Assembly (NCBI RefSeq): GCF_046119375.1
Contig: NW_027362761.1
Coordinates: forward strand, 303,118,001-303,182,000
Reading direction: 5' to 3'
DNA length: 64,000 bases
Origin: Phyllobates terribilis
Taxonomy: Eukaryota
How positions within the stretch are numbered: position 1 is the first letter of the stretch; every line of letters begins with the position of its first letter. Shown one piece after another: positions 1-10,140 of this stretch. A model generated the notes under the pieces. The model saw nothing but the letters and a program-made list of their open reading frames with translations, was not told the DNA's origin and ran no database searches. A program made the translations under genes and the position numbers.

Positions 1-8
1 CTGTACTG
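1..8. mobile_element. Possible last 8 bp of a DD38E Tc1-like element lying left of the window
   Basis: The window starts CTGTACTG-TA, identical to the right terminus plus TA of the elements ending at 20009 and 38573. Only 8 bp are visible. Confidence 0.3.
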
Positions 9-120
9 TATATGGATCTAGATGCTTGCCCCTATAAGCAACATTTGTCACTTATAACTTGTGGTTTTCTATTTATTCTCACATCCCTTAGATATTTACT
101 TTCCAGCTCAAACCCTTTGC

Positions 121-3100
121 CTAAGTAGAGACTGTAAGACACGAAGAATTCCAATAGTCCCATATTTTGGAAAATTTTAATGGACAACCTCTGTTTTGGT
201 ATACTATCTTTTCAAATGGAATGATTGAGTTAACCAGTGCGATCCAGGATCGCAATGTTGGCTGTGTATTGCCCATCCATCTTAGTGCCAACAATTTTCT
301 GGCCAAAAATAAGGTTTCTCTCAAAAAAATCTTAATATAGTGATCCCAGGCATCATCCTCCATTACCCCAAAAAGGCAAATCAGTGGATCTCATGGAATC
401 AGGATGGATACTAAAGAGGATAGTAAAGAGGTAACTTCCTGCCAGAAGGACCTAATAATGGAGCAGTCCCAGATTAAATGAACAAAGTCGGCATCTATGG
501 TATGACATCGTAAACATTCTGAATTAGAGCAGCGCCCCATTTGATATAGTCTGAGGGGTGTGAGATATGACTGATGAATAATATATAGCTGAATCAGCTT
601 ATTATTAACGGAGGGAGAGACAAAGGATGGGGACTCCAAAATTTCATCCCACTCCTCCTCCCCCATATTCCGAATTAGAAGTCTCCACTTATTTTTTGCT
701 GGTAAAGGGTTATGATCTAAGCCTGTTGATAGCAAGTATGTATACAAGCTAGATAAAAGACCTTGTGGACCTTGAGATTTAAGTATTCCTATTAAGGGAA
801 ATGAGGAAATAGTTTGATTTATTTCAAAGTTTTGTAAGTGAGATCTGAGCCCATTTCTAAGTTGGAGGTACCTTAAGAATTGAGATCTTGGAACCTTGAA
901 TTTATTTTGCACCTGTTCAAATGACATCAGAATAGATCTTTCATAAATATCTCTTAACAAATAGATCCCACTAGCTATCCAAAAGGGGGCAGATGGATGT
1001 TGCAAAATACAAATTCCCCCATATAGGCATTTCAGCTATAACATGTGTAAAGTCAATTCTTTTCTTTGCCTGTTTCCATACCGTTCTCGTCAATCTATGT
1101 AGGGGTAACAACTTAATAGGAGTCGATTTATTCAATTCTAGAAAACCCAATAAACAACCTGTGCCTAAAACGTGTGCCAAGTGGTTCTCAGAATTCGGTA
1201 ACTGGGAGTCAGGCATCCAACTACGGATCGCTTTTAGCTGACCTGCTAAATAGTATAGATGGAAGTCAGGCAGAGCTGCTCCTCCCATATCTTTAGGCCT
1301 TTGAAGGGTAAATAACCTGAGTTTAGGTCTGGAGTTCCCGCAAATAAATGTGGACATCAAAGAGTTAAGAGATGTGAAGAATTTTTTAGGTACCCGTACT
1401 GCACTATGTTGTAATATATAATTAAATTTAGGGAGTAAGATCATCTTAATTAAGTTAATCCTTCATGACACTGATAGCGGCAATCTCCCCCACAAGGAAA
1501 ATTTACATTTAGCATATTCTAATAAAGGAAGAGTATTACTCGAGAGGTCCTCTCTATCATTTCTAACAATCATAATTCCCAAGTATTTGAAACATGACAC
1601 TACAGGTAAAGGAGATAACGTTTCCAAATCAGTATTCGGAGTGGGTGACAAAGACATAAGAGAAGATTTATCCCAATTTATAAAGAGGCCCGAATATTCA
1701 CTAAATTTATCAATAGTAGATATAACAGATGGGAGAGTATCTTTAACCTTGTCCATAAAAATTATCATGTCATCTGCATATAAACCAATTTTATCAGTTC
1801 TGTCTGCAATTGTAATTCCACTGATATCCTCAGATGATCGTACTTTTATAGCAAATGCTTAAATTGCCAGAGCGAATAGAGCCAGAGACAAAGGGCATCC
1901 CTGGTGGGTTCCCCTTTCCAGTGAAAAAGATGTGGAGGATAAATTATTTATCACTATTTTAGCTTTGGGTGCCGCGTACAATATTTGAATCCAGGCCCGA
2001 AATTTAGGGCCAATACCAAATTTCTCTAGACAAGCAAATAAAAACGGCCACTCCAGTGAGTCAAAAGCCTTGGCCGCATCCAATGAAGCCGAGACCCAAT
2101 CATTTCCCGGTATCAGAGAGCTATATTGAGTTATTGATTGTACCCTTCTAATGTTAATAGAAGTATTTTTTCCTGGCATAAAGCCTGTTTGGTCCGGGTG
2201 GACAACTGATAGTATCACCTTGTTAAGTCTCAAAGCTAGAATTTTTGTAAGAATTTTGTAATCCACATTTAATAGTGAAATAGGGCGATATGATCCACAC
2301 TCCAGAGCATCCTTCCCTTCCTTTTTAAGAACAATAATATTGGCATCATATAAGGATTCAGGCAAGGAACCACTTTGCATTGCCTCTGAGAAAGTCTCTA
2401 AAAGGTGCTGCATCAAGCCCTTTTGGTATCTGAGGTAGAGTTCTAGTGGTAGGCCATCAGGGCCCGAAGCTTTGCCCAAAGCCATATCTGCGAGGGCTGC
2501 ATCTATTTCCTCTAAAGTGATATCTGCATCCAAAAGGGATTGTTGTGTGACACTCAATTTGGGAAAATCAAGATATGCCAAATAAGAGAGACATTCTAAT
2601 TTATTATGGGCACTTTGGGATTCATATAACGATTTATAAAAATTATGAAAGCCACTTAGAATATCTTCTGCCGCAGTGACTATCTGGCCCCCTAATGTTC
2701 GAATCCTGAGAATAGCACTAGAGTCATTATGTTTGCGGACCATAAAGGCCAACAACTTACTTGATTTGTTCCCAAATTCAAAATATGATTGTCTAGTGAA
2801 AAATAGTTTACGCTTAGATTTAGTGTCAATGTTTTGTGTATACAATCTATATGAGTGTAACCAGTTTACGCTATTCTCATCAGACGGGTCTAAAACATAA
2901 GACTGTTCAGCTTCTTTTAACCTATGTTCAAACTCGGTATCGACCTGTGCAGTCGTTCTCTTGATGTAACAAATAGTGGAGGAGAGCATCCTCTAAGGTA
3001 TGCCTTCAATGTATCCCAAAAAATCTTAATGTTCCTTGGCAACGGATGTACTTCCACGAAACAGTCTATTTGATCCGGTATTCTATCATCAGGACCAATT

Positions 3101-3155
3101 AATTTTAACCAAAAGTGATTGTTTCCATGTGGGTCTGTCTCTTACCTGGTCAAAT
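121..3155 (-). pseudogene. L1-clade LINE ORF2, RT and C-terminal part, frameshifted
   Basis: Consecutive fragments 1859-2989, 1463-1768, 971-1444, 391-1005 and 121-363 carry GPDG, YRPISLLNVDYK, DAAKAFD, GTHQGCPLS, LYADD (about 1770-1790) and a C-terminal CLRC..H..WDC knuckle. Confidence 0.93.
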
Positions 3156-3422
3156 TTAATCACTTCGCACCAGAGCCTGTTTTTGCCTTCGTGACCGGGC
3201 CAATTTTTTCAATTCTGACCACTGTCAATTTATGAAGTAATTACTCTGGAACGCTTCAACGTATTCCCCTGATTCTGAGAATGTTTTTTCGTGACATATT
3301 GTACTTCATGATACTGGTAAAATTTCTTCGATATAACTTGTAACGGGTCTGGGAGGTGGAACCTCTGAGCTACGATACAAAGGGGCAGTCCTTGTAAGGA
3401 AGCGGGTGGCTCCCAGGGTAGG

Positions 3423-4035
3423 CGGGCAGGTAGTCACGGCAAGTGACGGGGACAGTCTCTGGGTAGAAGGGCAGGAGGTCACGGCAAGTGACGGGGACAG
3501 TCTCTGGGTAGGGGGGCAGGAGGTCACGGCAAGTGACGGGAACAGTCTCTTGACAGGCGGGTGGTCAAGGCAAGTGACAGCGAAGCCTACAGATAGGCTA
3601 GCAGGCGGGTAGCAGGTGGACGCTCCCAGGTGAGCGGGCAAGAGTCTCTGGACAGGCAGGTGGTCACAGCAGGTGACGGCAGAGCCTCCAGGTAGGCTAG
3701 CAGGCAGGTAGCAGGCGGATGCTCCCAGGTGAGCGGGTAAGAGTCTCTGGACAGGCAGGTGGTCACAGCACGTGACGGCAGAGCCTCCAGGTAGGCTAGC
3801 AGGCAGGTAGCAGGCGGAAGCTCCCAGGTGAGCGGGTAAGAGTCTCTGGGCAGGCAGGTGGTCACAGCACGTGACGGCAGAGCCTCCAGGTAGGCGAGCA
3901 GGCAGGTAGCAGGCGGACGCTCCCAGGTGAGCGGGTAAGAGTCTCTGGGCAGGCAGGTGGTCACAGCACGTGATGGCAGAGCCTCCAGGTAGGCTAGCAG
4001 GCAGGTAGCAGATGAGCACTCCCAGGTGAGCGGGA
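3423..4035. repeat. LTR-internal tandem arrays: about 3 x 45 bp and 4-5 x 99 bp
   Basis: 15-aa (GQEVTASDGDSLWVE) and 33-aa periodicity in overlapping frames. The same arrays occur at about 13630-14240. Confidence 0.9.
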
Positions 4036-4252
4036 AATCAGATCCATAGACAGACTGGCAGGGCTGGTAGGCAGACTGTCGGACCGCAGGAATGCAAGTA
4101 GATAGACAAGTATCAGGCAGGTATCAAGCAGGAATCTGGCAGGTAACTGGCAGGTAACTGGCAGGTAACTGGTAACGGGACCTGAGGGCTGAAGCAGAGT
4201 GATAGACTATGCAACAACTTTGCTCGGGCACCTCCATTTTGGAGGAGGTGCC

Positions 4253-4259
4253 TTATATA
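4253..4259 (-). promoter_or_regulatory. TATA box of the chromovirus LTR (copy at 14462-14468 in the 5' LTR)
   Basis: TATATAA on the minus strand, starting 30 nt upstream of the 11-mer complementary to the PBS; CCAAT just upstream in this copy. Confidence 0.7.
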
Positions 4260-4293
4260 TGGTGAGGTCCTCCGGCCATTGGCCGGGGACTCC

Positions 4294-6867
4294 TTAGGAC
4301 GGCGCGCAGGAGCGGGAGGAGGACGCCGGGCACGGAGCGGAGAGGTGAGGGGAACAGTGTCCCTGCCTAGCAGGAGGCAGGGACGCCGACGCTACAGTAC
4401 CCCCCCCTTTAGGCCCCCCCTTTTTTAGGCCAGACAGAAATTTATCAAGGATGAGAGGGGCATGGATGTTCTCCCGGGGCTCCCAAGTTCTCTCCTCAGG
4501 ACCAAACCCCTTCCAATCCACTAGAAAAAAGGTCTTTCCTCTTACCCTTTTGGTGGCCAGAATGTTCTCTACCTCAAACTCGTTTTCAGCGGAAACCGGA
4601 GCAGGAGGCGTACCTGTAGACTTGGAAAAAGAGTTAAGTACCACGGGTTTGAGGAGAGATACATGGAAGGAGTTAGGGATCCGCAAGTTGGCCGGGAGTT
4701 TCAATTTATAGGCCACTGGGTTGATTTGTTTGATAACTTCCAGTGGGCCGATGAACCGAGGCCCTAACTTGTAGGAAGGAATCTTGAGCCGGACATACTT
4801 GAACGAGAGCCAGACTTTATCTCCAGGACGGAATTGTGGAGAGTCCAGGCGTTTTTTGTCAGCGTGTCTTTTCTTCTGCTCGGACGACTGAAGGAGTGCG
4901 GATCGGGTACTCTCCCAAATGGAGGAGAATTCGCTAACGAGAGATTCCGCAGCCGGATTGTCCACCGAGGTGGAGACGGGAAAAGGGATCCGAGGATGCT
5001 GACCGAAGACTACAAAAAACGGGGATTTGGAGGAAGATTCGCTCTCGTGATTATTGTAAGAGAACTCGGCCCATGGTAGGAGATCCACCCAGTCCGAATG
5101 GTGGGCATTAACAAAGTGCCGGAGGTAACTGGTCAGGATCTGATTGATCCGCTCCACTTGACCATTGGACTGTGGGTGGTAAGCGGAGGAGAAGTCCAGG
5201 GTGACGTCCAGCAGCTTACATGTGGCTCTCCAGAAGCGTGAGGTGAACTGAACCCCACGATCCGACACGATGTGGAGGGGCAGGCCATGGAGACGGAAGA
5301 TGTGGCGGATAAAGTCTTTAGCCAGCTCGGGTGCAGACTGGAGGCCCGGCAGGGGAATGAAGTGAGCCATCTTGGAAAAGCGGTCAGCGACCACCCAAAT
5401 GACCGTACACCCAGCAGAGACAGGGAGATCCGTTATAAAGTCCATAGCTATATGCTGCCATGGGGCAGCAGGTACTGGAAGAGGAAGGAGGCGACCGGCT
5501 GGCAGATGTCTCGGAACCTTGTTGCGGGCGCAGGACACACAGGCTGAAACAAAGTCTATTACGTCCTTGTGCAGGGTAGGCCACCAGTAATGCCGGGTAA
5601 TAAGCTGGAGGGTCTTTTTCTGACCGGCGTGGCCAGCTAGCTTAGACGAGTGACCCCAGTGTAGGATCTTCTTCCGATCAGGTACTGTTACGAACGTCTT
5701 ACCGGGAGGGAGACGATTTAGATTCACGGGGGCCACCTGCATTACTCTGGCGGGATCAATGATGTGCTTAGGCTCCTCCTCTAGATCAGACACCAGGAAG
5801 GATCGGGACAAGGCGTCAGCTTTGATGTTTTTGTCTGCCGGGCGAAAATAAAGAACGAAATCAAAGCGGGCAAAAAACAAGGACCACCGGGCTTGGCGCG
5901 GGTTAAGTCTCTGGGCGCTCTGGAGGTAAGCCAAGTTCTTGTGGTCCGTGTAAATAATTACCAGGTGAAGAGCCCCCTCGAGCAGGTAACGCCACTCCTC
6001 CAGTGCCAGCTTAATGGCCAATAACTCTCGGTCTCCTATAGAATAATTGCGCTCAGAAGGGGAGAAGAGTTTGGAGAAGAAGCCGCAAGTTACCATTCTT
6101 CCGGAAGACGACTTTTGGGTAAGTACCGCTCCGGCTCCAAAGGAGGAGGAGTCCACTTCCAGGAAGAATTGTTTGTTGCCGTCCGGACGATGCAGCACCG
6201 GGACGGAAGAGAAAGCCTGTTTTAAGGAAAGAAAGGCTTCCTCTGCTTCAGGCGGCCATTCTCTGGGATTAGTGCCCTTACGGGTGAGCGCAGAGATTGG
6301 GGCAGTCCAGGAAGAGAAGTGCGGTATGAAGAGGCGGTAGTAGTTGGCGAAGCCCAGGAACTGCTGAATAGCCTTCAACCCCTCTGGTTGGGGCCACTTC
6401 TGGATGGCAGACAGTTTCTCAGAATCCATTCGTAGGCCGGTCTGAGAGATTATGTAGCCCAAGAACGGAAGCGAGGTCTGCTCAAAGAGGCACTTCTCAT
6501 ATTTAGCGTAGAGGTGGTTCTGCCTGAGCCTGAGCAGGACCTCACGAACATCCCTCCGGTGAGTGAGAAGATCCAGAGAGAAGACCAAGAGGTCGTCCAG
6601 GTACACCACTACGCAGGAGTAGAGAAGGTCCCGGAAGATGTCATTGACCAACTCTTGAAAGACGGCGGGAGCGTTACAGAGACCGAAGGGCATTACCAGA
6701 TATTCATAGTGGCCGTCCCGGGTGTTGAATGCCATCTTCCATTCATCCCCCTGATGGATACGGACCAGGTTATACGCCCCACGGAGGTCCAGCTTGGTGA
6801 AGATTCTAGCCCCCCTCAGACGGTCAAATAATTCCGGAATGAGCGGAAGGGGGTATTTATTCTTCAC
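4294..6867 (-). pseudogene. pol: Pol: RT, RNase H, integrase (HHCC, DDE, GPY/F) and chromodomain; open here but cut off from protease by a frameshift
   Basis: YLDD, LEVDSS, H..H/CVSC, MDF, D-RGVQF, GQVER, GPRFIGP and chromodomain FEVENIL...VDWKGFGPEERTWEP. FFFVKRRT at about 6925 restores to VKKKDGSLRPCIDY by adding one A. Confidence 0.95.
4397..4430 (-). other. Polypurine tract of the chromovirus
   Basis: Minus strand AAAAAAGGGGGGGCCTAAAGGGGGGGGTAC immediately precedes the 3' LTR. Confidence 0.85.
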
Positions 6868-6893
6868 CGTGATCTGGTTAAGGCCTCTATAGT

Positions 6894-7660
6894 CTATACA
6901 GGGACGGAGTGAGCCGTCCTTCTTTTGACGAAGAAGAAGCCTGCTCCCGCCGGGGAGGTCGATTTCCGGATAAATCCCCGGGACAGATTCTCCTCAATAT
7001 ATTCAGACATGGACCGGGTCTCAGCAGCGGACAAAGGGTAAATACGCCCACGGGGAGGAGTAGCGCCGGGCATCAGGTCGATTGGGCAGTCATATGGTCT
7101 ATGAGGGGGTAATGTCTCTGCCTCCTTTTTATTAAAGACGTCCGCATAAGACCAATAGGGAACCGGAAGACCAGGTAGATTGGCTGGGGTAGGAGAAGGA
7201 CGGACAGGATGGACGGGAACTAAACAAGTCTTATGGCAGTCCTGTCCCCAGCGAAGGACTTCTCCGGTCTGCCAATCAAGCACGGGTGCATGTTTCTGAA
7301 GCCAAGGTAGGCCTAGCAAGAGGGCGTGAGAGAGTCCAGGCAGAACATGAAAGAAGATGCTCTCAGAGTGCAGCATTCCCACCTGCAGGGTTATGGATTC
7401 GGTGATGAGTTGGATGGGATGTGGTAAGAGGCCCCCATCTACGGCAGCGACAGACAAGGGTACAGCTAGAGGTTTGGTGGGAATGCGGTATTTCTCTACC
7501 AGGGACTGAGAAATGAGATTTCCGGCAGCTCCAGAGTCAAGTTGGGCTAGTTCAAAATAACGGTTCTCCCCGCAGATGATAAAGACCGACAGCAGCAGAG
7601 ATGGAGACGGTTTACTCTTGTCTAGGACGACCTCTCTGAGCGATCCTAGACACAGGCGTT
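6894..7660 (-). pseudogene. pol: Aspartic protease and RT N-terminus in the -1 frame relative to gag
   Basis: The -1 frame is open from the slippery site and reads ...LAQLDSGAAGNLIS..., then LLLGLPWLQKHAPVLDW and PYDCPIDL. Confidence 0.88.
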
Positions 7661-7664
7661 TCCC
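7619..7664 (-). promoter_or_regulatory. -1 ribosomal frameshift signal: GGGAAAC heptamer plus downstream stem
   Basis: GGGAAAC at 7658-7664 (minus), a 5-nt spacer, then TGTCTAGGA pairing perfectly with TCCTAGACA (7644-7652 with 7619-7627). Confidence 0.8.
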
Positions 7665-8597
7665 GACCTCTCCGGGCAGGAACGGATCCGGTGCTCCTTA
7701 CTGCCACAGTAGAAGCAGCTCCCCTCGGCTCGGCGTAACTCTTGACGGGTCTTGACCATCTTGGTCTGGTAGACCTGCATAGGCTCGGGTGAGTGCGCCT
7801 GTTGGAGTAGCGGGAGAAGTGACAGGTTTCTGAAAGGTAGGGGCTAGACGTGGAAACCTCCTCTCACGGGTGACTTCTTTGGCGCGTTCCTGGAACCGGA
7901 TGTCAATCTGGGTGGCAAGAGTTATTAAGTTGTCGAGAGTGGTAGGTATGTCCCGACCGGCGAGTTCATCTTTAATACGGCCGGACAGACCCTCCCAAAA
8001 GACAGACACCAGAGCGTCGTTATCCCAGGCAAGCTCCGAAGCAAGGGTACGGAACCGTATGGCATATTGGCCCACGGTGAGATTTCCTTGATGGAGGCGT
8101 AGCAGAGATGATGCGGATGAGGTCTTCCGTCCGGGTTCGTCGAAGACTTCAGGGAAAGCCGTGAGAAAGGCTGGCCGGTTGGACACCAGGGGGTCTCCTC
8201 TCTCCCATAGAGGATTTAGCCAAGCCAGTGCCTCCCCCGTGAGATGGGACATGATGAAGGCTACTTTGGCCCGGTCGGAGATAAACTGGTGGGACAGGAG
8301 TTCAAAGTGCAGGGTGCACTGGTTTATGAAGCCCCGAGCTTGAGCGGGATCGCCTCCGAAGTGAGGAGGTGCAGAAAGCCGGGGTCCGGGGCAGGATGCC
8401 ATGGTATTGGTGGGCAGCGGCGCTGCCGGGCTGTGAGTCATGACACTAGCGGTGGTTGCTGGTGGAGCAGTCAGAGTATCCAGGCGAGAGTTGACATTCC
8501 GCAGATGACTCAGGATGGACTCCTGTTGGGACCTCTGACGGGACAGTTCATGACATAGGTCCGAGAGCGAGGGAGCTTGGGTGCCACCGGGTTCCAT
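7646..8597 (-). pseudogene. gag: Gag (PEG10/RTL-like capsid plus CCHC knuckle) with one net frameshift near 7790-7810
   Basis: ATG at 8597 (MEPGGTQ), RGFINQC..F, KVAFIMSHLTGEALAW, LHQGNLTVGQYAIRFRTLA; after a frame change, PEPMQV...CFYCGSKEHRIRSC then GNACV-stop. Confidence 0.92.
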
Positions 8598-8598
8598 G

Positions 8599-8609
8599 GC
8601 CCGAGCAAA
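8599..8609 (-). other. Self-priming primer-binding site (not tRNA-type)
   Basis: Minus strand TTTGCTCGGGC, 1 nt from the 5' LTR. It is complementary to GCCCGAGCAAA found 30 nt downstream of the LTR TATA box (4219-4229). Confidence 0.8.
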
Positions 8610-8674
8610 CTGTAACGGGTCAGGGAGGTGGAACCTCTGAGCTACGATACAAAGGGGCAGTCCTTGTAAGGAAG

Positions 8675-9922
8675 TGTAGCACCCTGAGGATTCGGCTGCT
8701 ACAGGAGTATTGCACCTCAACCCAGAGGTGTGATATTCCACTCCCGGGTAAGGATGGAGTGTGGAGCTGAGCTCAGAAGGCTGCATGCACTACACACATC
8801 CCATTTCCGGAGGGCAGACCAACGGTACTCCCACTTAGAAATGTGCAGGTACGACCGAGTCTGTCCTTGGCTGGAGTGGGAGGGGGGTGGACCATCCCAG
8901 TAGTGTAGGGGCAGATAGGGGGAGCAGTCTGGGTAGTGCTAGGAGCTCATTGGGTGCTGGTCACCTGAGCTCACACATAGAGGGAGTATAAAAGGTGGGA
9001 ACCATCTAAGATCAGGGTCAGTCAGTGAGACGTCAGACAGGCAGACAGCAGTCAGTCAGCCTGTTGTAGTGAAGACTTTGCAGAGCAGTGGAAGAAAGCA
9101 GAGGAGCAGAGCAGCCCCAGGCCCAGAGTGAGAGAGGAGAGAACGAAAGACCCAGAGGGGGAGAAAGAAGGAACTCTGAGAGCCCAAACTAAATCTAAGG
9201 GTGAAGAGTTGGCAACAGGGTACCGGATCCCAAACTGGTGGGGGCTACAGCATACCTCAGCCAGAGACCGGAGGCCGTGGGCAGCATCTGCCACGGCCAC
9301 CCACCAAATCCACCCGGAAGGCAGACCACGCATAGGGTCAGGGAACCCAGAGGCAAGGGTTCGCCAACAAGAGGCCCGAGGGAGCCGGACATAGGTGGAT
9401 CCCTGGTGGGGAAGGCCAGAGACGAGGACAGGACAGAAAGGGAGCTCAGAACCACGCTCCAGAACTACTTGGGGGTTGGCCGAGTCCAGGACCTGGTGGA
9501 CGCAGCACGGCTCGGGTGGTCACTCAAGGCCGGAGTGACCGGTACAAGAACAGCAGTAAGTAAAGAACCCTGAACTGCACAACCCGACTCTGACTCTCAT
9601 TACCATCTTCCCTGCACTTCCACAACCACCATCCTCTGCACCTGACCCCCTGAGGCTATACCCCTCCCGTTGGGGGTTATACTACCCTAAGCTGCACAAA
9701 CACCATCAACCTCAGCGGACCCTCCTGCAGCGGCGGCCGTAGTGACCGCAATTCAACGGGTGGTGTAGTCGACATAAAGAACTTTAGTAACATCAGTAAG
9801 GACTGCCACACACTGAGCTTGACACCCTGGGCACGGACCGGGTCACAGCCACTCGGAGACTACAACCCCCATCTGATCCGGCTCCGGGTATCCCCAACAA
9901 CACTGGCCCAGGGGGCGCGTCA
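8675..9922 (+). repeat. 5' LTR of the cold-shock-domain element
   Basis: Direct repeat of 12361-13607 with about six differences counted by eye; TATAAAA at 8987-8993 and candidate poly(A) signal AGTAAA at 9559-9564. Confidence 0.95.
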
Positions 9923-9926
9923 ACTT

Positions 9927-9945
9927 TGGCGTAGTCGGCAGGATT
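9927..9945 (+). other. Primer-binding site complementary to the tRNA-Ser 3' end
   Basis: TGGCGTAGTCGGCAGGATT is the reverse complement of AATCCTGCCGACTACG-CCA, the 3' end of vertebrate tRNA-Ser(AGA-type) as recalled; it lies 4 nt after the LTR. Confidence 0.88.
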
Positions 9946-10140
9946 ACGTGCCCGCAACAACCGGGTACTGCGTGCCTGAAGAAAAGTACATCGTTACCTT
10001 AAAAAAGAAGTCTCCTGCCGGTTCCGGAGGGTCCCCGCCATCGGGCCCCATCACAGGTCGTTTCCCGCCGGTTGTCCGCCATTTGCAACTTTTTCCCGCC
10101 ATTTCCAAAGATTTCCCGCCTTGGAAGAGCGGACGCCATT

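Larger units (their letters stand above)
3339..4396 (-). repeat. 3' LTR of the chromovirus (1058 bp)
   Basis: Runs TGTAACGGG...GACGCTACA on the plus strand; direct repeat of 8611-8674 plus 13612-14659. Confidence 0.95.

Noticed and set aside
3306-4019. 237-aa Cys/Pro-rich repeat ORFs (also 13605-14318, 3587-3964, 13733-14173)
   Set aside because: They are by-products of 45- and 99-bp LTR tandem units, start at non-ATG codons, and several frames are open at once.
3600-4035. Regular repeats resembling a CRISPR array
   Set aside because: The units are contiguous near-identical copies with no unique spacers, there are no cas genes, and the context is a eukaryotic LTR.
7698-8786. 362-aa gag as given in the ORF track
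   Set aside because: The first 63 codons come from LTR and inserted-element sequence. The real start is the ATG at 8597, and the last 30 or so residues are out of frame.
9052-9573. Short ORFs duplicated at 12738-13259
   Set aside because: They lie within the LTRs; the duplication reflects LTR identity and no domain is recognisable.
9927-9945. tRNA-like sequence as a tRNA gene
   Set aside because: Only the complement of the 3' 19 nt including CCA is present, which defines a PBS rather than a gene.
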